A DNA stretch of 32,000 nucleotides, from assembly GCF_000829315.1 (NCBI RefSeq), contig NZ_AP013028.1:960001-992000 (forward strand), read 5' to 3'. Of the stretch, positions 18,535-26,302 are shown piece by piece. This stretch comes from Wolbachia endosymbiont of Cimex lectularius (GTDB lineage: Bacteria > Pseudomonadota > Alphaproteobacteria > Rickettsiales > Anaplasmataceae). Position numbers and translations under genes: made by a program. Position 1 is the first letter of the stretch; each line of letters opens with the position of its first letter. A model generated the notes under the pieces. The model searched no databases. It was not told where the DNA came from and worked only from the letters and a program-made list of their open reading frames with translations.

Positions 18535-19344
18535 TCAATACAAGTTTGCAGTTTCTCTACTATTACATGGATAATATCCACTAGTTCTGCAATCTTCCAC
18601 CGCTGTTTTAGCCTTTTCAATATTCTCTGATTCTTCCTGATGCTTCATATAAAAAGCTACGCCACCGGCAAGACATACAAGAGAGTTAACGCCAAGAATG
18701 ACTAAACTCCACGCTGGCAAGACTGGACAAAACGCGCAAGCTATCAAAGCTGCCAGAGAAATAGCGCTAACCGCAAATTCTATATTTCTGAACGTTTTAA
18801 GTTTATCATCCAGGTAATCTATTTTGTCTGATTTTCTAGCCTCTTTTTTGCTACTATAATAGAAATAGCACATAAGACCATGGAAAGCAACACACACAAC
18901 CGCAACTGCTATACCTAAAGCCAGTAACTTTCTATCTTCGCTCTTATTTTCTCTGCTTTGGTTAGTGGTATTACCATAGTTAATATTTGTTACATTAGTA
19001 GTGTGACCACCGAATAGAGAATTGAAACAACATTGTAATAGTAAAAAATCCCAAAAATCTAAACCTCTATTGTGCATGTGTACATGTATGTTCTGAGTGC
19101 CTGCAGGTTGACGACCGATATTCCTCTCGTTGTATCCATTTCTTTCGTCTTCTCTATTTTGCCTATTGTTTAGATTTTGGTTCCCGATAAACTCTTTATA
19201 TACCTTGTCAAAATTCTCCTCACTCCAATTTGTGGTGTTGTGTGTGTTGCAAAATTGTAAAAACTCTTGAATACCGCTGTTACCACCAGATTTTTTTATA
19301 TAGGCTAATGCATACCTTTTTAAAACACTACTACTTGCTAACAT
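18535..19344 (-). CDS. Orphan membrane protein with N-rich N-terminal region and a bilobed hydrophobic domain
   Basis: 269 aa. One TM segment (LLALGIAVAVVCVAFHGLMCYFYY) plus an approximately 44-aa double hydrophobic lobe (FAVSAISLAALIACAFCPVLPAWSLVILGVNSLVCLAGGVAFYM). No recognisable enzymatic motif. Confidence 0.6.
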   Translation of the reverse strand: MLASSSVLKRYALAYIKKSGGNSGIQEFLQFCNTHNTTNWSEENFDKVYKEFIGNQNLNNRQNREDERNGYNERNIGRQPAGTQNIHVHMHNRGLDFWDFLLLQCCFNSLFGGHTTNVTNINYGNTTNQSRENKSEDRKLLALGIAVAVVCVAFHGLMCYFYYSSKKEARKSDKIDYLDDKLKTFRNIEFAVSAISLAALIACAFCPVLPAWSLVILGVNSLVCLAGGVAFYMKHQEESENIEKAKTAVEDCRTSGYYPCNSRETANLY

Positions 19345-19467
19345 AAATACCCCATTGAATTAATAAATACTTATTATAATAAAGTTACGCTTTCTTGTCA
19401 ACTCGGGTATAAACATACCCACAAGCAACCAAAAATTTTTTTAACCTCCGATTCATAACCTTCACTC

Positions 19468-20347
19468 ACAACTGTACGAACATTGTGATTTGAGCCTACC
19501 ACTAGGGTGTCATGCCAGTGCTTGACACTGGCATCCAGGAATTTTATTAAGTGTGCGCCAAGCAAAGTGCGTAGAGTTCAGTTGGTGAAAATCCAACCCA
19601 GGCAAAGTCTAGCCAACAGCCTGGAACAGACTATTATGCTGCGTAAGGTAACGAGCGTAGTAAAGCTAATGGAATGGATAACATAGGGTACAACGAAAGT
19701 GAAGGTATTGAGTCACGAAATAAAGAACATCGTAGAGGTCGACACTGTACTTAAAGTGGAAGACAGAATGAAGAATAACGCTAAGGCAAGATATTACTCA
19801 CTCTACCGGGATCATAGGCCGTATCATGTGTTAAGATGGAATTTACGTAAACTTGGGAGATCCATTGTATTCCTGACAGGTATGCTGGAACAAGTCAACA
19901 AAGGCAAGGACTAGCAGAAGATGCAGTGGAAGTCGGACTGATTGATAGTACTCAGAGTGTGGAAAAGCCACATACGAGGGGAAGCGATCAGCAGTGTAGA
20001 GACAGGTTTATGGATTGTTACACCAACACAACAGAGGTTGGAATATGAAACAAGGAAAAGTAAACCAGATAGCAGAAGTTAAAAAAAACGCTGTGAATGC
20101 TACACTGAAGAGCCGTATGCGGGAAAGTCGCAAGTACGGTTCTGTTGGGGGGATCATAGCAGTGAAATCGAATAAGAGGATTTAAAAGTTATGATCTCTA
20201 CCAGACTGGTGAGTATAAAAGTAGCTGTTTTATGTTAAAATACGACGTTTTGATGATTATGGAAAGGCTGGATCCCAGTGTCGGAGCACTGGGATGACAC
20301 CGTCTGTTACGCAAATTACCTGCTAATTGCAATGTTCGTACAGTTGT
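19468..20347. mobile_element. Double-hairpin MITE copy carrying a group II intron insertion
   Basis: TIRs ACAACTGTACGAACATTG / CAATGTTCGTACAGTTGT. Perfect 11-bp direct repeat AACCTTCACTC on both flanks (19457-19467 / 20348-20358). The arms are collinear with the 217-bp element at 29825-30041. Confidence 0.85.
19553..20206 (+). mobile_element. ORF-less group II intron (ribozyme only, IEP deleted)
   Basis: The 5' end is GTGCGCC. Domain V GAGCCGTATGCGGGAAAGTCGCAAGTACGGTTC lies at 20110-20142 (AGC triad, GAAA loop, 2-nt bulge). A domain VI-like helix follows and the 3' end is ...AC. Comparison with the empty site at 29900-29912 defines the insertion. Only a short ORF stub (ATGAAACAAGGAAAAGTAAACCAG..., from about 20045) remains where an RT/maturase would be expected. 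The 3' boundary is +/- 8 nt. Confidence 0.8.
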
Positions 20348-20480
20348 AACCTTCACTCAATAATTAACAGAATAACTCATTATGGCATGCATATAGAAAA
20401 ATGCAAGCTTTTATAAAGATCGATTGAAATTTCTGAGCTTCGGCTATACTATTATTCAAGTAAAAAAATAAAAAGCCATT

Positions 20481-21764
20481 GTGTCAAATAAAATAGGTTT
20501 TTTGGCTGTTCTTGCCTTAGTGATTAGTAGTCAAATTGGCTCTGGAATTTTTATGCTTCCAATCAGCCTTGCACCATACGGCGCTTATAGCCTTATAAGC
20601 TGGGTGATATCAGGATTTGGTGCTATATCTCTCGCTTTGGTTTTTGCCTTACTCTGTGCAAAATTTCCAGAAACGGGTGGTCCTCATATTTATGTAAAAC
20701 ATGCCTTTGGCTCTACAGCAGCTTTTTTTGTTGGTTGGACATATTGGGCAAGCTCATGGGTTGGTTCAACAGCTGTAACAGTTGCAAGTATTGGTTATTT
20801 AGCTCCACTTTTTCACAATGATATGCAAAATATACGTTTACTTTTAGAGATAACACTAATTTTAGCTATCATGCTAATAAACTTAAGAGGGATAACTACC
20901 GTTGGACACGTTGAGCTCCTATTGATGATTGTTAAAATCACCATATTGTTTGCAATACCAATAGCAGCACTATTTTTTTTCGATAGAAATAACTTTATTG
21001 TAAGCGAGAAAGTTTCGAATCTCACAATATCTCAAATTTTTGCTCGCTCTTCATTGCTCACTTTATGGTGCTTTATCGGGCTTGAAACAGTAACAGCATC
21101 TGCAGGATCAGTCGAGAATCCGAGCAAAACAATACCAAGAGCAATAGTACTTGGCACGTTCTCTGTTGCTATCATATATTTTATTAATAACCTTGCAATT
21201 ATGGGATTGATAAATGGCAATCATCTAGCTAATTCAAAAGCACCATATGTTGATGCGATAAAAATAGTTTTACCTGGTAGTTGGTATTTAATAGTTTCCA
21301 TTATTGCTTTTATCGTTTCCACAAGTAGTCTAAACGCTTGGTTCTTGGCTGATGGACAAGTTGCTTTAGGTCTTGCAAAAGATAAGTTAATGCCACAACT
21401 TTTTGCTAAAAGAAACAAACATGATGCCCCTTTTTGTGGAATGATAATCAATATGTTAGGGATATTAGTTTTACTTGTTCTAACGTCAAACAAAAATTTT
21501 GCTGAGCAAGTAACTTCAATAATTGATGTTTCTGTAGTTTCATTTTTATTTCTCTATTTAGCATGTAGTTTTGCTTTTCTCAAGGTTAATGTGCAAGAGA
21601 AAAACTACTGCAAATTCTTGATCGGAAGTGTGGCTGTGCTTTTTTGCTGCTGGATAATATATGAAACTCCTATAAACACACTGCTCATGTCAAGTCTGTT
21701 CCCCCTAAGCGGCACACTTATTTATTTACTTTGGTACCACAAAGCGACCTTCCTAAAAGCTTAA
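20481..21764 (+). CDS. APC-superfamily amino acid/polyamine antiporter (APA family, PotE/AdiC/CadB-like), paralog 1
   Basis: 427 aa, GTG start, 12-TM pattern. The N-terminal signature ISSQIGSGIFMLPISLAPYGAYSLISWVISG...FPETGGPHIYVKHAFG resembles basic amino acid/polyamine antiporters. Confidence 0.8.
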   Translation: MSNKIGFLAVLALVISSQIGSGIFMLPISLAPYGAYSLISWVISGFGAISLALVFALLCAKFPETGGPHIYVKHAFGSTAAFFVGWTYWASSWVGSTAVTVASIGYLAPLFHNDMQNIRLLLEITLILAIMLINLRGITTVGHVELLLMIVKITILFAIPIAALFFFDRNNFIVSEKVSNLTISQIFARSSLLTLWCFIGLETVTASAGSVENPSKTIPRAIVLGTFSVAIIYFINNLAIMGLINGNHLANSKAPYVDAIKIVLPGSWYLIVSIIAFIVSTSSLNAWFLADGQVALGLAKDKLMPQLFAKRNKHDAPFCGMIINMLGILVLLVLTSNKNFAEQVTSIIDVSVVSFLFLYLACSFAFLKVNVQEKNYCKFLIGSVAVLFCCWIIYETPINTLLMSSLFPLSGTLIYLLWYHKATFLKA

Positions 21765-21845
21765 CTTAAAGACATAATTTTTTATTTATTAAAACTCTTG
21801 GGGTTAAGTTATACTACTGCCTGTGTTGATAGAATCAGAGGTATT

Positions 21846-23117
21846 GTGTCAAATAAAATAGGTTTTTTAACTGTTTTTGCTTTAGTAATCAGTAGTCAAA
21901 TTGGTTCTGGGGTTTTTATGCTTCCAATCAGCCTTGCGCCATATGGAGCTTATAGCCTCATAAGTTGGGTAATATCAGGAGCTGGTGCTGTGTCTCTTGC
22001 ACTAGTGTTTGCTACGCTATGTGCAAAGTTTCCAGAGACTGGAGGTCCCCACGTTTATGCAAAACATGCCTTTGGTCCTACAGCAGCTTTTTTTGTTGGT
22101 TGGACATATTGGATAATCTCCTGGGTGAGTACAACAGCTCTAATAGTTGTGGGTGTTGGTTATCTTACACCATTTTTCCATGAAGATATCCAAAGCATGC
22201 GTTTGCTTTTAGAGTTGCTACTATTTACAGTCATTACGTTAGTGAATTTAAGAAGAATAGCTACTGCTGGGCGCATTGAGTTTCTACTCACGGTTATAAA
22301 AATTTCTGTATTGCTTGCAATACCTGTAGCAGCGTTGTTTTTTTTCGATAGAAACAACTTTATCATAAGTGAAGAAATCTCAAGTCTTACAGCATCGCAG
22401 ATTCTTGCCCGTTCTACACTTTTGACTTTATGGTGTTTCGTTGGAGTTGAACTGGCAACAGCACCTGCAGGATCGGTTGATAACCCGACCAAAACTATAC
22501 CAAGAGCTGTGGTGCTTGGCACAATCTGCGTTGCTGTTATATATTTTATCAATAATTTCGCGATTATGGGGTTAATAAATGGGAATGATTTAGCAAATTC
22601 AAGAGCACCATATGTTGATGCAATAAAAATTATGCTTTCTGGTAATTGGCATTTGATTATTTCTGTAATTGCATTCATTTTTTGTGTTGGTAGTTTAAAT
22701 GCTTGGGTATTATCTAGTGGACAAGTTGCTTTTGGTCTTGCTGAAGATAAACTTATGCCACAATTCTTTGCTAAAAGGAACAAGCATGGTTCTCCTTTTT
22801 GGGGAATAATAACCAGCTCAGTTGGAACTGCAGTTTTGCTAATCCTTACTTCAAGCAACAATTTTGCTCAGCAAATCACATCGATCATCGACTTTTCTGT
22901 AGTTTCATTTTTATTTGTCTACCTTGCATGCAGCCTTGCTTTTCTAAAGGTTGTTGTAAAGGAGAGAAATTATTACAAGCTTTTAATTGGTAGTATAGCA
23001 ACAATCTTTTGCTGTTGGGTGATACTTGAAACTCCTGTAAACACCTTGCTAATTTCGAGCTTATTCACTGCAAGTGGCATACCTCTTTATTTATTTTGGT
23101 ATCGCAGGGCTTTTTAA
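21846..23117 (+). CDS. APC-superfamily amino acid/polyamine antiporter, paralog 2 (tandem duplicate)
   Basis: Collinear with paralog 1 over its full length. The GTG at 21846 (VSNKIGFL) matches the start context of paralog 1 (ATTGTGTCAAATAAAATAGGTTTTTT). The ORF-track start at 21798 is probably an over-extension. Confidence 0.8.
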   Translation: MSNKIGFLTVFALVISSQIGSGVFMLPISLAPYGAYSLISWVISGAGAVSLALVFATLCAKFPETGGPHVYAKHAFGPTAAFFVGWTYWIISWVSTTALIVVGVGYLTPFFHEDIQSMRLLLELLLFTVITLVNLRRIATAGRIEFLLTVIKISVLLAIPVAALFFFDRNNFIISEEISSLTASQILARSTLLTLWCFVGVELATAPAGSVDNPTKTIPRAVVLGTICVAVIYFINNFAIMGLINGNDLANSRAPYVDAIKIMLSGNWHLIISVIAFIFCVGSLNAWVLSSGQVAFGLAEDKLMPQFFAKRNKHGSPFWGIITSSVGTAVLLILTSSNNFAQQITSIIDFSVVSFLFVYLACSLAFLKVVVKERNYYKLLIGSIATIFCCWVILETPVNTLLISSLFTASGIPLYLFWYRRAF

Positions 23118-23284
23118 GAGCATCTCTTGAGATCTGGGATCTGGTATAATCTCTACTTGCTATCAAAGCTTCCATATGGTTGGATAAAATTACAAATAAA
23201 AAATTTTTAAAAAACATATGATATTACAACTATAGTCAAACTTCCTTTTCTTATGTATAATCTTAAAAAACTTTCTATATAAAA

Positions 23285-24799
23285 GTGAAGAGAGCTTTAA
23301 TATCGGTTTATGATAAAACAAATATAATTGACCTTGCATCGTTTTTAACAAAGCAACAAGTAGAGATTCTCTCAACAGGGAATACATACAAAATCCTATC
23401 CGATGCAGGAATAAAAACGCAAGAAGTCTCAGATTACACACAATTTCCAGAGATACTAAGCGGTAGGGTGAAAACTTTACACCCTAAAATTCATGGAGGA
23501 ATACTATGTGATCGAGAAAAGCACAAAAAAGAAATGCAAGATCTAGGAATTAAGCCCATAGACCTGCTTATAATTAATCTATACCCATTTTGGGAAACAG
23601 TAAGCAGCGGCTCAAGTGAGGAACAGATCATAGAACAAATTGATATCGGCGGAGTAGCGCTAATTAGGGCTGCAGCAAAAAATTTTCATTTTACTTCAGT
23701 TATTTCTAGCACTCAAGACTATGAAACACTGAAAGCTGAGATGGTCAAAAATAACAATGAAACAACATTGGAATACAAAAAACATCTAGCAACTAAAGCA
23801 TTTGCTCTCACTGCATGCTACGATTCTAATATTTACAGTTGGTTTCTATCCCAGAGTAAAAGCAATGAATTACCAGAGTTTTTTGCCCTATACGGGCGTA
23901 AAGCACAAGAACTCAGGTATGGCGAAAATCCCCATCAAAAAGCTGCTTTTTACAGTAATCAATTCACCAGATATCCGCTGGAAAAACTACATGGAAAAGA
24001 GTTGAGTTATAATAATATAGTGGATATAGAATCTGCGCTTAACATAGTTTCTGAGTTTCAGGAACCTGCAGCAGTGATAATCAAGCACAATAACCCATGT
24101 GGAGCCGCCATTGGTGATAGCGCTCTGGAAGCATACGAAAAAGCTCTATCGTGTGATGAAATAAGCAGTTTTGGTGGCATAGTTGCTTTAAATCGGAAGA
24201 TAGATTTAAGGTTAGCGGAAAAATTAAGCGAGATATTTTTGGAAGTAATGATAGCACCATCAATAAATGATGAAGCACTGAAAATTTTGCAGAGAAAGAA
24301 AAATTTAAGAGTGATCATTCATAGCTCTCTTCAGCAAAATGCAAAGTGTCAGATCAAAAACGTTGCCGGTGGGTTTTTAGTGCAAGAAAATAATAACCAT
24401 ACAACAAAAGCAGAAGAAATAAGCCAAGTAACAAAGTGCGCTGCAACGGAAAAAGAAAAAGAAGATCTTATTTTTGCTTGGAAAATATGTAAGCATGTGA
24501 AATCCAACGCAATAGTTATAGCAAAAGACGGTTGCACCATCGGTATCGGTGCAGGACAAACAAGCAGAATAGATAGTGTGAACATTGCAGTTAAAAAGGC
24601 GGGTGAAAGGTGCAAAAGTGCTGTACTTGCTTCAGATGCATTTTTCCCGTTTCCAGATAGCATAGTAGAAAGTGCAAAACATGGAATTACAGCCATAATT
24701 CAGCCTGGCGGCTCGTTGAAAGATCAAGATGTGATAGCAACCGCAAATGAAAATAAAATTGCTATGTTTTTCACCGGCGTTCGTAGCTTTTTTCATTAG
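23285..24799 (+). CDS. purH: Bifunctional AICAR transformylase / IMP cyclohydrolase
   Basis: 504 aa. Contains MKRALISVYDKT, GRVKTLHPKIHGGIL, LRYGENPHQKAAFY and NNPCGAA. Confidence 0.93.
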   Translation: MKRALISVYDKTNIIDLASFLTKQQVEILSTGNTYKILSDAGIKTQEVSDYTQFPEILSGRVKTLHPKIHGGILCDREKHKKEMQDLGIKPIDLLIINLYPFWETVSSGSSEEQIIEQIDIGGVALIRAAAKNFHFTSVISSTQDYETLKAEMVKNNNETTLEYKKHLATKAFALTACYDSNIYSWFLSQSKSNELPEFFALYGRKAQELRYGENPHQKAAFYSNQFTRYPLEKLHGKELSYNNIVDIESALNIVSEFQEPAAVIIKHNNPCGAAIGDSALEAYEKALSCDEISSFGGIVALNRKIDLRLAEKLSEIFLEVMIAPSINDEALKILQRKKNLRVIIHSSLQQNAKCQIKNVAGGFLVQENNNHTTKAEEISQVTKCAATEKEKEDLIFAWKICKHVKSNAIVIAKDGCTIGIGAGQTSRIDSVNIAVKKAGERCKSAVLASDAFFPFPDSIVESAKHGITAIIQPGGSLKDQDVIATANENKIAMFFTGVRSFFH

Positions 24800-24911
24800 G
24801 CTTGTATCTTATGTCAGTGTACACTTTTTCGCGCATTTAACATTGCTTCGATCATAATTGCATACAAAAACCGTTTACAATCAGCGCTCAATATGATAAA
24901 TTGAAGTTCAT

Positions 24912-24983
24912 TCCTCGGTAGCTCAGTGGTAGAGCAGTTGGCTGTTAACCAATTGGTCGCTGGTTCGAATCCGGCCCGGGGAG
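24912..24983 (+). tRNA. tRNA-Asn (anticodon GTT)
   Basis: Manual cloverleaf. Acceptor TCCTCGG/CCGGGGA, D-arm GCTC-AGTGGTA-GAGC, anticodon arm GTTGG-CTGTTAA-CCAAT, T-arm GCTGG-TTCGAAT-CCGGC, discriminator G. No encoded CCA. Confidence 0.9.
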
Positions 24984-25009
24984 CTTTTATACTCACTAGC
25001 CTGATAAAG

Positions 25010-25091
25010 TTCCTAGATGCCAGTGTCAGCTACTTGCATGACATCCTTCCTGGTTGAGATTAATCTTAAATCACAATGTTCGTATAGCTGC
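25010..25091 (-). repeat. Half copy (one arm) of the double-hairpin MITE
   Basis: TTCCTAGATGCCAGTGTCAGCTACTTGCATGACATCC...AAATCACAATGTTCGTATAGCTGC aligns with the reverse complement of the MITE left arm, including 15/18 of the TIR. It supplies the last 6 codons and the stop of the terminase fragment ORF. Confidence 0.6.
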
Positions 25092-25502
25092 GACTCTGGA
25101 GGTACTTTCTCTCATCCACTGCAGATATTGCACGGTGCTGTCGACTTGGTCATTGTGATGTGCTTCCGGAAACATTAAAATTTCATACTCAAAGTCATTG
25201 AGCCATATCGCTTGGTGCGGCAGAAAAACTTTTCCAGACTCTATAATGGGAACAATCTGGTGGAATCGAGCGAGTTTGTCATCATGCGGTACTATTTCAA
25301 TAACGGGTAAATCACTGCTTGCCTTCAGCTCTTGCACCAATTGCTGACCACTTGTTTTTGCTTCAATTAAAACTGCGTGTGGTGTCCATCTTGCTGCTAA
25401 GAACAAAACTTGTTCTTTAAGTTTTGGGTACTCGAGTTTTGCACGATATACATCGAGTAAATAAAACTTATTGCCCGCTTTTGCCCAAGTGGTGCAGACC
25501 AC
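25071..25502 (-). pseudogene. Phage terminase large subunit, C-terminal (nuclease) domain fragment
   Basis: 143 aa. YLLDVYRAKLEYPKLKEQV...VLIEAKTSGQQLVQEL...DDKLARFHQIVPIIESGKVFLP...NDFEYEILMFPEAHHNDQVDSTVQYLQW matches the conserved terminase C-terminal domain pattern. The ATPase N-terminal two-thirds is absent and the ORF is bounded on both sides by hairpin repeats. Confidence 0.8.
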
Positions 25503-25685
25503 CGGAAGGGTGTCATTCTAGTGCTCGACACTGGAATCCAGGAAAATTTGCTTGTTCACAAGCAAACTGGTTCGGTAATCATGGAAAGTAGCTAATCTTG
25601 TGCTAAAAACGTTCTTGGTGAGGTTGCATGGGAAGCTGGATTCCAGCGTCACGCGCTGGAATGACACCACTTGCTGTAAAAATAA
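25503..25685. repeat. Double-hairpin palindromic element (MITE-related, no TIRs)
   Basis: GGTGTCATTCTAGTGCTCGACACTGGAATCCAGG ... GCTGGATTCCAGCGTCACGCGCTGGAATGACACC. It has the same hairpin family and head-to-head arrangement as the interior of 29825-30041. Confidence 0.7.
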
Positions 25686-25705
25686 ATGTTTGTTTATGAA
25701 TTGCT

Positions 25706-25800
25706 TTAATATTTACCAAATAGGAAAAAAAGGCAAAAGAAGCCTAGTCAATATCTATTTTAATAACTTGGCGTTAATGCTCTATACGCTTGACAAGTAG
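25706..25800 (+). repeat. Miniature (internally deleted) derivative of the promoter-bearing repeat
   Basis: Retains TTAATATTTACCAAATAGGAAAAAAAGGCAAAAGAAGCC...CTTGGCGT and then jumps to ...CTTGACAAGTAG. The central approximately 250 bp of the long copies is missing. Confidence 0.6.
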
Positions 25801-25889
25801 CTGACCTTGGGGTTGTAAATATCCATAACCTTATGATAAGGAGAATGTCAAAACTTGCAAGCAATTTTTTTGTGAAAAAAATGAGGTTG

Positions 25890-26270
25890 GTTAAATTTTT
25901 AACTAGTTTAAAAAAAAGACAAAAGAAACCCCGTGATGTGAGTTGTTTACTGTTCTCTCAAAAACTTGGCGTACGATTCTCTCTTACACCGCTTAATAAG
26001 CGAGGCTCAGCTAATGTAGACAAAAAATTATAAAGACATGCAGTGCCCATGCTGCAAAAATTAAACATAACACGCCTTGTTTTATACTGTGCTTTTGTCA
26101 CTTAATACAAGATTAAAGATAAATTTTAGGCCTAAAACACCCACAATTCTATTGTAAGGGGACTGGCACAGGTTATCAAGTAGTTTTTTTTGTTTCTATT
26201 GGATGACGCTATGGCTTTTTTCCACTTTCATCTGTCCGCTTTCTGTGTAGTGGAAATTGATATCAATAAT
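25890..26270 (-). repeat. Promoter-bearing dispersed repeat, copy R3 (diverged)
   Basis: Shares conserved blocks with R1/R2/R4 (GGCGTGTTATGTTTAATTTTTGCAGCATGGGCACTGCATGTCTTT on the minus strand). Minus-strand TTGATA (26174-26179), 17 bp, TACAAT (26151-26156). The distal part (26185-26270) matches 18041-18120. Boundaries are approximate. Confidence 0.7.
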
Positions 26271-26302
26271 ACCAAAATAAAGGCTAGTGGACTAGTTTTG
26301 TT

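Noticed and set aside
19699-19914. 71-aa ORF inside the intron
   Set aside because: It lies in ribozyme domains I-III of the group II intron and bears no resemblance to an RT/maturase. It is most likely a chance ORF in structured RNA.
21798-21845. Upstream TTG start for the second antiporter
   Set aside because: The paralog alignment begins at GTG 21846 with an identical nucleotide context to the first gene's start. The 16-codon extension has no counterpart there.
22160-22861. Long (233-aa) minus-strand ORF, plus 20813-21493 minus-strand ORFs and 21965-22183 / 22799-22993 + ORFs
   Set aside because: They are antisense or out of frame within the two antiporter genes, whose frames have clear family signatures. 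Long shadow ORFs are expected in membrane-protein genes with this codon bias.
23190-23441. 83-aa minus-strand ORF across the purH start
   Set aside because: It is antisense to purH and its upstream region, with a Phe/Leu/Lys-rich composition typical of AT-rich non-coding translation.
24814-24996. 60-aa minus-strand ORF
   Set aside because: It is antisense to tRNA-Asn. Its 'protein' (…GFEPATNWLTANCSTTELPRN…) is the typical translation artefact of a tRNA gene.
25600-26033. ORFs 25600-25800 and 25833-26033
   Set aside because: They fall within hairpin and promoter-bearing repeat copies. They are not conserved as ORFs in the other repeat copies.
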